Assembly (NCBI GenBank): GCA_963802335.1
Contig: CAWDIE010000004.1
Span: 407,446-471,445 of the forward strand
From: an uncultured Planctomycetota bacterium
GTDB lineage: Bacteria; Planctomycetota; PLA2; JAEUHO01
DNA length: 64,000 nt
Direction: 5' to 3'
Under the pieces are notes generated by a model. The model worked only from the letters and a program-made list of their open reading frames with translations. It was not told the origin of the DNA and did no database searches. The number at the start of each line of letters is the position of its first letter. Position 1 is the first letter of the stretch. Positions 30,349-38,366 of this stretch are shown in pieces. Position numbers and translations under genes: made by a program.

Positions 30349-33300
30349 ATGGGACACCCCAAGACGCGACACGAGACTCCCGAAGCGCTGCTCCAGCGCT
30401 GGCGCCGGCGTCGCGACCCGGAGGCGCTCGGCGCGCTCTTCGACGCGACCGCCCCGGCCCTGTTCCGCGTCGCCCTCGGGATTCTCGGCGATCCGAACCA
30501 GGCGGAAGACGCTCTCCAGGAGACGTTCCTCACGCTCCTCGAGAACGCCGAGGGGCACGACGCGAAGCGGCTCGTGACGCCGTGGCTCGTGGGGATCCTC
30601 CGCAACCACGCACGCGCGCTGCGCCGACGATCAACTCGTGCACCAGATCCACGACGGCTGCGAGGGGCGTCGAGCGGCGCCCTGCCTGCGAGCGCCACGG
30701 AGCGAGGGCTCGACGATCGGGTACGTCGGGCCTTGGACGACTTCGACGAGCCTTATCGCAGCGTCGGTTTGCTGCACTGGTGCTATGGGCTCTCCCCCGC
30801 CGAGATCGCCCACATCCGAGGGGAGCCGCCCGGAACGACGCGATCCACGTTGACTCGAATCAGGCAGCGCCTTCGCGAGAGGCACCCCGAGCACGCCGCG
30901 CTCCTCGGCGTGGGCCCGACCGGGCAGGGGTTGGCTGCGCTTCGAGCGGAGTTGTTGCAGCACGCGGGTCGTAAGGCGGCGAGCTCCGCCACCCTCGTGC
31001 TGGGAGGTCTGGTGATGAAGAAGATCCTGATCGCCGTCTTTGCCGTGCTGGTCGTCGGGCTGCTGGCGTGGCTCCGTCCGTGGGCGAGCACCGACGCGCC
31101 GCCCCTGGATGGCGCTTCGAAGCCTCCCACGGCAGTCGCCGCCCCTCTCCCCCCGGACGGAGCCGCGCCCCACCTCGCCGGTCGACCCACGCCGACGGTC
31201 GAGACACCTGCCCCAACGCCACGCGGCCCCGTCGTGCGGGGTGTCGTGGTGGACGCTGCCGGGGTGCCCCTTGCAGACGCGCGCGTGTTCGTTGTGCCGG
31301 CGGATCACGCCGAGCGAACGCCGGACCCCCTGCCCATGCTGGACCCAGCGTCGGGGGGCGCGCGGAGTGATGCCCAGGGTCTCTTCCTCGTCGACGTGCC
31401 CGAGGGCGTGACCCGGCTCGACCTCTTGGCGGCCGCGGAGGGCTTCGCACCGGAGCTGCTGCGCGACGTGCTGGTCCACGACGACGTGCGCGTGGTGCTC
31501 GCCCGCCATCCCAAGCTCGAAGGCCGCATCCTCGACGTCGAGGAGCGTCCGGTGCCGGGAGCCGTGGTCAGGATCCGGGGGCTGCTCGGCACGCTCTCCT
31601 TCGAGCGTGAGACCGTGACCAGCGACGAGGGAACGTACGACCTCGACCTCCCGCTCGGTCCGGGCGAGCTGCTCGACTTGCGCGGCGTGCCGCTGGGCTG
31701 GCACCTGGCGGTGGAAGCGGACGGCTTCGCGCCCCTCCTCCACGGCAGCGTGCGCCTCGGCGTCCTGAGCCGCGCGGTGTCGGGTCGCACCTACACCCGC
31801 GACTTCGTCCTCCTGCGCGGCGGCACGCTGGCCGGCCAGGTGACGGATGCGGCGACGGGAGGACCGGTTGCCGAGGCGCGCGTCGTGGTGTTCAACCGCG
31901 GCGGCGACCTCAGCGTCTCCTTCGGCGACGGACGGCGCGCGATCCTCGACGCTGAGCCACGGACGCTCGGGATCGCGACCACCGACGACAACGGCCGCTT
32001 CGAGATCCGTGGACTCCCGGCGCGGGACCCGCGCGCAGGGAACTCGGGTGGTGCGCTGGGCTGGGCGGCGGCGTGGAAGCAGGGGCACGCCGCGTCGATC
32101 GTGTCGGTCGCCACGCCGGATGACGGCGGGCGCTCGACGCGGGACTTCACCCTGCGACGGACGGGCCGCATCGAGGGCCGCGTGGTCGGTAGGGACGGAG
32201 CTCCCGCGCCGACCTGCCGCGTGACCGCATACGCAGACGCCCCGGCGAACCTCTCCCTCGGCTTCCTGGAACCGCCCGGAACGCTGGGCGCGCCGACGGT
32301 GGTGACGCGCACGTCGACCGACGGCACCTTCGTTCTCCCGCATGCCCCGGCCGGCTCTCCTATCACCGTTCTCGTCAATCCCCTCGGCCCGCTGGGCGGC
32401 TTCACGTTCGAACAGCGCGGGGTCTCGTTGGACGCGGGGGGGATCGCCCGAACGCCCGACGTCGCGATCGGCCGTCCGGCCGGATCCTGGGTACACGCGG
32501 GCATTCGCGTGCTGGACGCCGAGGGGCGCCCCATTGCCGGTGCGGACGTGGGAACGAGCCCGACGGTGACCTCGGCCTGGTCCGACGCGGAGGGCCTCGT
32601 GCGTCTCCGATGGGCGCGAGGCGGCCCTGCGAAGCCGCCGGAGGCCTATCTGGTACGAGCCCCGGGTCATGCACCAGCGCTGGTCGCCATCGAGTACACG
32701 GAAGGCGAGGCCGATCCCGTCGAGGTCCGGCTGGCTCGAGGCCACGTGCTGACGGGAAAGGTGGTCGAGGCGGACGGGTCGCCCGCCGCCGGCGTACGCA
32801 TCACCGTGGCCGACGGGCGCGTTGAGGCGAAGCGCGCACTGCCCGCGGAGCGTTTCGACCTGGGTGGACTCCAGCCGGGCCAGAACGCGAACCTGGATCT
32901 CCTGGGCAAGACCCTCACACAGGAGGACGGTAGCTTCCGCGTTGGCGACCTCCCCGAGGGGCCCTACCACGTCGAGGCGTCCGCCAAGCGCGAGCTCTGG
33001 GGTGTGAAGCCCGCGCCCGAACGCGCACGCGTCCTGAAGGTGGGCGTTCCAGATGCCGAGGCCCTCGTCGAGCTCGTGCTGCCCGAGGGTGGCACGCCTC
33101 CGGTTGGTCGCGTCCGCGGCCGCGCGATAGACGAAAGCGGGCGAAGTGTCTCCGGGGTGGAGGCCTGGCTCGAGCGCGAAGGGCAGATGGCGAGCACCGA
33201 CCGCGTCGGCCCAGGGCGCTTCGCCATCGCCGCGGCGCCGGTGGGCGTCTGGACGCTTCGGGTGGAAGCCAAGGGCCGGGTCCCCCACTACGAGAAGGGC

Positions 33301-33948
33301 CTCCAGGTGAAGGAGGGGAACACGACCGATGTGGAGGTCGTGCTCGCTCGTGGCGTAGCCGTGGAGGGCAAGGCGCTGGACCCGGAGGGGAGGCCGCTTG
33401 GCGACTACGAGATCGGCTTCTCGCCGGTCGGAAGCGAAGGATGGCGAAACCGGACGGTGCTGACCCCGGTCGGGCCCGACGGGTCGTTCCGGACCGCGGG
33501 ACTCGTCCCGGGCGTCTGGCGCGTCGCCGCCGCGCCGCGAGGCCAGTTCAGCTCACGCTCGGCGTCCGCCGTACCGAAGGGGAGCCCGTTCTTGCGCATC
33601 GCGAAGGGCGAGACGGAGGTCCGCTTCGACGGGGTGTTCGTCGCGGGCGGTCGGCTCTCGATCAGCGTCGGAGGCGAGCAGTGGCCCCGACCGCTCCTGT
33701 TCGCGGCGTCGACCACCGAGCAGATGGCGTTCGGCGAAGCGTCGAGGATCGTCGTCCTGGACGGCGCAGAGCGCACCCTCGTCGACCACCGCGACCTCTA
33801 TGGTTCCGGGTACCTGGGGGAGGCGTCGCAGATCATCGTGGCGACGGGTACTTACCTCGTACGTCTCGAGAGCCCGGCGGGCACGAACGAGCAGCAGGTC
33901 GACGTAGAGAGCGGCGGCCGGGCCCGCGTGTACTTCGAGAACCCCTGA
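30349..33948 (+). CDS. ECF sigma-70 factor in frame with TM segment and ~9 CarboxypepD_reg-like repeats (fusion, or two genes with lost stop)
   Basis: Residues 1-190 carry sigma region 2/4 motifs (DALQETFLTLL, YRSVGLLHWCYGLSPAEIA). A TM segment, MKKILIAVFAVLVVGLLAWL, follows. Repeated modules such as VRGVVVDAAGVPLADARVFVVP and LAGQVTDAATGGPVAEARVVVFN come next. There is no stop codon between the parts. Confidence 0.65.
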   Translation: MGHPKTRHETPEALLQRWRRRRDPEALGALFDATAPALFRVALGILGDPNQAEDALQETFLTLLENAEGHDAKRLVTPWLVGILRNHARALRRRSTRAPDPRRLRGASSGALPASATERGLDDRVRRALDDFDEPYRSVGLLHWCYGLSPAEIAHIRGEPPGTTRSTLTRIRQRLRERHPEHAALLGVGPTGQGLAALRAELLQHAGRKAASSATLVLGGLVMKKILIAVFAVLVVGLLAWLRPWASTDAPPLDGASKPPTAVAAPLPPDGAAPHLAGRPTPTVETPAPTPRGPVVRGVVVDAAGVPLADARVFVVPADHAERTPDPLPMLDPASGGARSDAQGLFLVDVPEGVTRLDLLAAAEGFAPELLRDVLVHDDVRVVLARHPKLEGRILDVEERPVPGAVVRIRGLLGTLSFERETVTSDEGTYDLDLPLGPGELLDLRGVPLGWHLAVEADGFAPLLHGSVRLGVLSRAVSGRTYTRDFVLLRGGTLAGQVTDAATGGPVAEARVVVFNRGGDLSVSFGDGRRAILDAEPRTLGIATTDDNGRFEIRGLPARDPRAGNSGGALGWAAAWKQGHAASIVSVATPDDGGRSTRDFTLRRTGRIEGRVVGRDGAPAPTCRVTAYADAPANLSLGFLEPPGTLGAPTVVTRTSTDGTFVLPHAPAGSPITVLVNPLGPLGGFTFEQRGVSLDAGGIARTPDVAIGRPAGSWVHAGIRVLDAEGRPIAGADVGTSPTVTSAWSDAEGLVRLRWARGGPAKPPEAYLVRAPGHAPALVAIEYTEGEADPVEVRLARGHVLTGKVVEADGSPAAGVRITVADGRVEAKRALPAERFDLGGLQPGQNANLDLLGKTLTQEDGSFRVGDLPEGPYHVEASAKRELWGVKPAPERARVLKVGVPDAEALVELVLPEGGTPPVGRVRGRAIDESGRSVSGVEAWLEREGQMASTDRVGPGRFAIAAAPVGVWTLRVEAKGRVPHYEKGLQVKEGNTTDVEVVLARGVAVEGKALDPEGRPLGDYEIGFSPVGSEGWRNRTVLTPVGPDGSFRTAGLVPGVWRVAAAPRGQFSSRSASAVPKGSPFLRIAKGETEVRFDGVFVAGGRLSISVGGEQWPRPLLFAASTTEQMAFGEASRIVVLDGAERTLVDHRDLYGSGYLGEASQIIVATGTYLVRLESPAGTNEQQVDVESGGRARVYFENP
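31002..31017 (+). promoter_or_regulatory. internal RBS + ATG inside the sigma/repeat ORF
   Basis: GGGAGGT (31002-31008) lies 6 nt before ATG 31015, which opens a signal-anchor-like MKKILIAVFAV. Confidence 0.45.
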
Positions 33949-34015
33949 CCGCACCGACGGCCTACCTTCGCCCCACCGTCTTCACCTTTGCCCTCGGCGG
34001 CGACAACATGCAGGC

Positions 34016-34138
34016 ATGAGCACCGGGCGCCTCCTGCGGATCTACGACCACCGCCTCGTCCGGCTCGTCCGGGAAACGAGCGAAACCACCATCGCAACCG
34101 GCATCGGCATTCCGCGCTCGACCGTGGCCAGCGGTTGA
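34016..34138 (+). pseudogene. 40-codon fragment resembling a transposase/integrase N-terminal HTH
   Basis: MSTGRLLRIYDHRLVRLVRETSETTIATGIGIPRSTVASG resembles the HTH start of IS481/IS3-type transposases. It is followed directly by a stop. Confidence 0.3.
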
Positions 34139-34158
34139 AGCCTTTCTCTGCGCCGCAA

Positions 34159-34506
34159 TCACGTAGTCTGCGCCAGCCATGCCCGGCCCTCCGCGAGATC
34201 GAGGGTCGGGGCGCTTCGGTTCAGCACGGACAGCCCGAGTATGCCGTCATGAATGACGTCGGCCACCACCCAGGGCGTGGGTATCGGTGCCGTGCCACGT
34301 AGGGGCAGATCTACCGCGCCCCCGGTCCCGGGCTCGACGGCGCCGAGCCCAAGTACCTCGGCGGCGTGGCTCGCCAGGATGGTGGGCCCCATGCAACCGG
34401 AGCCGACATCGAAAAAAAGCGGGCCGCGGGCGCACTCGACCTCGACGAACAGATCGAGGGAGAGACCGCCCACCGAGCGCGCACACCGCCCGCGAAGCTC
34501 GTCCAT
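34159..34506 (-). CDS. retropepsin-like aspartic protease domain fragment
   Basis: FFDVGSG (D-S/T-G-like active-site loop) and DGILGLSVL (flap/dimer motif) are present. It is only 115 aa and possibly truncated. Confidence 0.45.
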   Translation of the reverse strand: MDELRGRCARSVGGLSLDLFVEVECARGPLFFDVGSGCMGPTILASHAAEVLGLGAVEPGTGGAVDLPLRGTAPIPTPWVVADVIHDGILGLSVLNRSAPTLDLAEGRAWLAQTT

Positions 34507-34587
34507 CGCCGGCGTACGCGTTGCGAGGGAGTCGGGTGTCTCGAGAACGAGACGGCTGTCCGGCAGATTCAGCGTGAACGGGCGAGG

Positions 34588-34593
34588 TATAAT
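34588..34593 (+). promoter_or_regulatory. perfect TATAAT hexamer upstream of cassette 1
   Basis: This TATAAT, in a 70% GC background, lies 27 nt before GTG 34621. Confidence 0.3.
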
Positions 34594-34620
34594 GAGTTAA
34601 ACCCCCAGAAAGGACGCTCC

Positions 34621-34803
34621 GTGGCTCTAGAGGAACGATCCAAGTCCCGCCGACAGCGCATGGTCGTACACCGGGCCGGGAGTCATGAGGACGCCGAGCG
34701 CTGGGATCTCGAGTACTGGCAGTCCAAGACGCCTGCGGAACGTCTGGCTGCGCTTGCGGCCATCCACCGCGACATCGCCAAGGTTGGGGGCACCGGAGAC
34801 TAG
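34621..34803 (+). CDS. small partner protein of NTase-fold cassette 1
   Basis: 60 aa, with a stop 3 nt before the NTase start. The motif HRAGSHEDAERWDLEYW resembles RRFESHQAAREALW and RRYESIEAANADREAW in ORF 36851..37090. Confidence 0.45.
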   Translation: MALEERSKSRRQRMVVHRAGSHEDAERWDLEYWQSKTPAERLAALAAIHRDIAKVGGTGD

Positions 34804-34806
34804 GCC

Positions 34807-35265
34807 ATGTCTGTGGACGCGCCCCGTGACTTCGAGGACCTCCTCACCTTGCTGGGGCGACACGAGGTCCGATACCTCATCGTGGGTGGACTCGCGTTCG
34901 TGTACCACGCGAAGCCGCGATACACGAAGGACATGGATCTGTGGATTGAGCCTTCACTTCCAAACCTGGAACGCGCCAACCTTGCCCTCGCGGAGTTCGG
35001 TAGCCCTGCGCTGCTTTCGCGCGACGACACGGATGAGATCGTTCAGATCGGCGTGGCCCCCAACCGGATCGATCTGCTCCAGACGGTCGAGGGCATCTCC
35101 TTTGATGAGGCATGGGATGCTCGCGTCGTGGATCGGTACGGCGACGTTCAGGCGAACTGGATCGGCCTCGACGGCCTACTGGCCGTAAAGGAGAGGATCG
35201 ACACGCCGCGCCACCAGGAGGATGCACGCGTCCTGCGAGAGGTCAAGCGACTACGGGAAGCGTGA
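34807..35265 (+). CDS. nucleotidyltransferase-fold protein (DUF6036/AbiEii-like), cassette 1
   Basis: VRYLIVGGLAFVYHAKPRYTKDMDLWI shows the GG..D.D NTase pattern. It is a paralogue of 36384..36851 and 50562..51044. Confidence 0.65.
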   Translation: MSVDAPRDFEDLLTLLGRHEVRYLIVGGLAFVYHAKPRYTKDMDLWIEPSLPNLERANLALAEFGSPALLSRDDTDEIVQIGVAPNRIDLLQTVEGISFDEAWDARVVDRYGDVQANWIGLDGLLAVKERIDTPRHQEDARVLREVKRLREA

Positions 35266-35473
35266 GTTGCGCGCGGTTTCGATAGGTGCTGCGGCGAGCG
35301 GGAACTCACCGCGGATGCTCCGTAGCAGGCAGGGAACTCGCCCGCCAAGGGTGGGATGCACGCGGAATCGGCCGGCTGGTCCCTCCGCACAGTTCATCGT
35401 CGCACTGGCGCGTGTGGTGGATCCCGGCACGGCTGCGTCCCCGGCGACACTCGGCGCGACATGAGGCAAGACC

Positions 35474-35715
35474 ATGCCGTATCCGCGTATCACAGCCGAC
35501 CTGAGCGCATGGGAGGCGTGCCCTGCATCCGCGACACGCGCATCCCCGTGTCCACCATCATCTCGATGGTGGCTGACGGAATGGTTGCTAGTGCGATCTT
35601 GGTGGCTCACTCCGACCTCGTTGCGGACGACATCGCCGAGGCGCTCCGATTCGCGGCGCAAGCCGTCCGCGAGGGCGAGATCCCCCTCTCGAATGCGTCG
35701 AGAGACTCCTCGTAG
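35474..35715 (+). pseudogene. DUF433 antitoxin-like protein with 1-nt frame disruption
   Basis: MPYPRITAD (frame of ATG 35474) continues as PERMGGVPCIRDTRIPVSTII..DIAEALRFAA in the frame of ORF 35356..35715. One extra C in GACC(C)TGAG would restore a canonical DUF433. Confidence 0.6.
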
Positions 35716-35880
35716 ACAACGCTCTCTCGCCGGAGCCGGCCGTCGTTCTCACCGGCATGGAGCACGCTGAGGTTCATGTACGCGCCATCGACATGGCGCG
35801 CGCGAGGGACGCGTAGACCTTCGACTTCGCGGTGACGCATGATCGTGTCGGCGCTTCGGGAATCCATGTGGGTGATTGAG
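35693..35880 (+). pseudogene. DUF5615 (PIN-like, Mut7-C) toxin remnant
   Basis: The frame from 35700 reads RLLVDNALSPEPAVVLTGMEHAEVHVRAIDMARARDA then a stop, after which TFDFAVTHD follows. The start is out of frame with ATG 35693. Confidence 0.4.
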
Positions 35881-35911
35881 ATCGGTCGGGGAGACCGCGT
35901 AGCCTCGCGGG

Positions 35912-36215
35912 ATGAGAGATCGAGACCTCTACGCCCAGATCCTCGGCATGCGCGCTCCCTGGAAGGTGACGGAAGTCGACCTCGACACGGCCGGGCTAGA
36001 GGGGCAGGAGATACCCGTACTGGGCAAGACCGCTCTTCTCCGCAACAAGAAGGCGACCGGGCGCAAGGAGGATCTTCTCGACGCCAACTGGCTCGAAGAA
36101 CCTCAAGGCGGTGCTCGCGGACTTCGCCCCCATTGGCGAAGCCACCACGCACCTCCCGGAGGAGGTCACGAACCTCTGCCGTGCCGTGGCACGCGATGCG
36201 CGCCATGCGCATTCG
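35912..36215 (+). pseudogene. mosaic of three gene fragments (ISL3-like transposase N-terminus / NTase C-terminus / HepT middle)
   Basis: MRDRDLYAQILGMRAPWKVTEVDLD is ISL3-like. Positions 35999-36103 match 50925-51030. Positions 36101-36215 match 49186-49300 in hepT. Confidence 0.55.
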
Positions 36216-36217
36216 CC

Positions 36218-36249
36218 CAATCGCGCAATCGCGCAATCGCGCAATCGTG
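36218..36249 (+). repeat. tandem octamer CAATCG(C/T)G x4
   Basis: Read directly from the sequence: caatcgcg caatcgcg caatcgcg caatcgtg. Confidence 0.8.
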
Positions 36250-36325
36250 ATCAAGACCTCACGCATTCTGGGGTTGCAGAACGGCTGCAGTGGCCAGGCG
36301 GAAACCCCAGGAATCGGACGTTCCG
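36242..36325 (-). repeat. ~85-100-nt intergenic repeat R3, copy A (inverted relative to 37279-37383 and 51081-51176)
   Basis: The reverse complement aligns at ~75% by eye with 37299-37383, including atgcRtgaggYcttgatcacgattg. Confidence 0.55.
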
Positions 36326-36383
36326 AACGTGCCGAAGGTCGTAGGCCTACACAGGATGGCGCAGCCAGAGGTACACTCGCCGC

Positions 36384-36851
36384 ATGGCCCTTGGCGATCT
36401 TCTACGGCTGCTCCGTGCCCTCTACGAACATGATGTGGAGTACGTGCTCGTAGGCGGAGCGGCTATCAACTTGCACGGCATCATCCGCGCCACGGAGGAC
36501 GTAGATCTGTTCGTGCGGCCCTCCGAAGAGAACGTAGCCCGATTGCGCCGAGCCCTGGAGTCGCTGTGGGAGGATGCGGAGATCCAAGGCATCACTGCAG
36601 CGGATCTATCCGGTCGCTATCCCACGATCCGATATGGCCCGCCCCAGGGAGACCTGGTGATCGATCTGCTGTCCCGTCTCGGGACGGCGTTCGACTTCGA
36701 TGCGATCGCCTGGGAGACCGTGGACGTCGAGGGCATTCCTGTTCGCCTCGCCACCCCGGAGACACTCTATCGGATGAAGCGTGGCACGCTGCGCGACGTG
36801 GATCGGGCCGATGCCGAGGCACTCCGACGTCTCTTCGGGCTGGAGGACTGA
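36384..36851 (+). CDS. nucleotidyltransferase-fold protein (DUF6036/AbiEii-like), cassette 2
   Basis: VEYVLVGGAAINLHGIIRATEDVDLFV shows the NTase pattern. Confidence 0.65.
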   Translation: MALGDLLRLLRALYEHDVEYVLVGGAAINLHGIIRATEDVDLFVRPSEENVARLRRALESLWEDAEIQGITAADLSGRYPTIRYGPPQGDLVIDLLSRLGTAFDFDAIAWETVDVEGIPVRLATPETLYRMKRGTLRDVDRADAEALRRLFGLED

Positions 36852-37090
36852 TGCCGATTCGTCGCTTCGAGAGCCACCAAGCCGCACGCGAAGCCCTGTG
36901 GACGACGCGCGACGATCCGAGACTGGTGGAGCGCATCCGCGCCCTGTGGGAGCGGTCGCATGCTCTCGTTCCCGGCGGCGTGTCGGCTCCCCGCGGCGTC
37001 CGACGCTACGAGTCGATCGAGGCGGCCAACGCGGATCGCGAGGCGTGGATTCGCGAGCGAGTCCGTGCCATCCGCGCCGCCCGCCCGTAG
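36851..37090 (+). CDS. small partner protein of cassette 2
   Basis: There is an ATGA stop/start overlap with the NTase gene. The 79 aa carry two copies of the RR(F/Y)ES..AA....W motif. Confidence 0.5.
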   Translation: MPIRRFESHQAAREALWTTRDDPRLVERIRALWERSHALVPGGVSAPRGVRRYESIEAANADREAWIRERVRAIRAARP

Positions 37091-37144
37091 TTGCGCACGG
37101 GTACGACCTCAGGATCGGCGAGTGAGGATCCGTGCCTAGCGGTG

Positions 37145-37275
37145 CTCCGCGTCACGACCTACTGCACATTCTGTTCGACTTCTCGGCCCGGATCCTGGGC
37201 GATCTCCTCCGAATCTGGGCGGGGCCAGATCCGGCCGAGTGTCGAGAACTCGTCGGAATTGTGCAGAGTGTAGCG
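37145..37275. repeat. ~130-nt imperfect palindrome built from two inverted copies of the island 44-nt repeat
   Basis: The arms are ccgcgtcacgacctactgcacattctgttcgacttctcggc and gccgagtgtcgagaactcgtcggaattgtgcagagtgtagcgg. An inner inverted pair, ccggatcctgg/ccagatccgg, lies between them. Confidence 0.55.
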
Positions 37276-37278
37276 GCC

Positions 37279-37383
37279 CACGATCTCTGACACCGGCTCG
37301 AAACACCCGATTCATGCGGGTTTTCGCCTGGCTAGCGCCGTCGCTTTGCAATCCGCCGATGCATGAGGCCTTGATCACGATTG
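37279..37383 (+). repeat. intergenic repeat R3, copy B
   Basis: Aligns with 51081-51176 in the same orientation and with the reverse complement of 36242-36325. Confidence 0.55.
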
Positions 37384-37502
37384 CCGGCTTGCTCGCGCTC
37401 GCGCACGACCACTGGCGAGCCAGGGTCGGTCGCGGCGCTGGTACTTGAATCCTACCGGCCCGCCCCACGCCCGTCGATAGCCTCGGACGCCCGAGGTAGA
37501 AT

Positions 37503-37718
37503 GTGATGGTGAAGACGACGATCACAGCCGAGGTCGCCCGAAAGCTCCGGGAAGCACTGGATCTGCACGACGCAGGAGTGTCTCTCATGCGTGCGCGCCT
37601 GCGTCGGCAGCACCCTGGCGCCGACGCCGGGACCATCGATCGGCACTTGCTGACTTGGCTTCGCTCGCGCCCGGGTGCCGTTTGGGGGGACACCGCCGGC
37701 TCTCGGCGTTGCGGATAG
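37503..37718 (+). CDS. small helical partner protein of cassette 3
   Basis: 71 aa, ending 6 nt before the AbiEii-like gene. Confidence 0.4.
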   Translation: MMVKTTITAEVARKLREALDLHDAGVSLMRARLRRQHPGADAGTIDRHLLTWLRSRPGAVWGDTAGSRRCG

Positions 37719-37724
37719 GAAGGC

Positions 37725-38327
37725 ATGAGCGACCTTGAGGCCGTGCTTCGAAGGATCATCCTGAGTCTGCAGGAGCAGGGGGCGCGATTCGCTATCGTTG
37801 GGGGACTTGCCGTCTCAGCGCGCACCGAACCTCGGTTCACGCGTGACGCTGATCTGTGCGTGGCGGTCAGGGACGACGCAGAGGCGGAAGCGCTCGTCCA
37901 TGCGCTGCGAGCTGACGGATATGCGTTGGTCGCGCTCGTCGAGCAGGAGGCAGCGGGACGCCTCGCAACGGCTCGCCTCTCGGACCCTCGAACATCCGAA
38001 GGCGGGGCGGTCGTAGATCTGCTCTTCGCATCCTCGGGCATCGAACCTGAACTTGTGGGACAGGCCGAGGACATCGAACTCTTCGACGGAATCGATGCCC
38101 CGGTCGCCACCGTACCCGGGCTGATCGCTCTCAAGGTGCTCTCACGCGATGATCGTACGCGCCCTCAAGATCGAGTCGACGCGCATGCGCTCCTCGCGGT
38201 TGCCACGCCGAGTGACATCACCGCAGCTCGCGATCTCCTGGCGACGATCGAACACCGGGGCTACGCACGAGGTCGAGATCTCGATGCATCTCTCTCTGCG
38301 TTGCTGGCGGAGTCCGGCTCAGCGTAG
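37725..38327 (+). CDS. nucleotidyltransferase AbiEii/AbiGii-like toxin family protein, cassette 3
   Basis: FAIVGGLAVSARTEPRFTRDADLCV shows the NTase motif. The C-terminal region matches the family (LIALKVLSRDDRTRPQDRVDAHALL). Confidence 0.65.
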   Translation: MSDLEAVLRRIILSLQEQGARFAIVGGLAVSARTEPRFTRDADLCVAVRDDAEAEALVHALRADGYALVALVEQEAAGRLATARLSDPRTSEGGAVVDLLFASSGIEPELVGQAEDIELFDGIDAPVATVPGLIALKVLSRDDRTRPQDRVDAHALLAVATPSDITAARDLLATIEHRGYARGRDLDASLSALLAESGSA

Positions 38328-38366
38328 CGCTGCTCGACGGGCTCGACGGCTCCCTCTCCCAGCCTG

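Noticed and set aside
30631-33288. 885-aa ORF antisense to the sigma/CarboxypepD_reg gene
   Set aside because: The composition is shadow-like and no motifs are present. The plus-strand frame shows repeated Ig-like modules.
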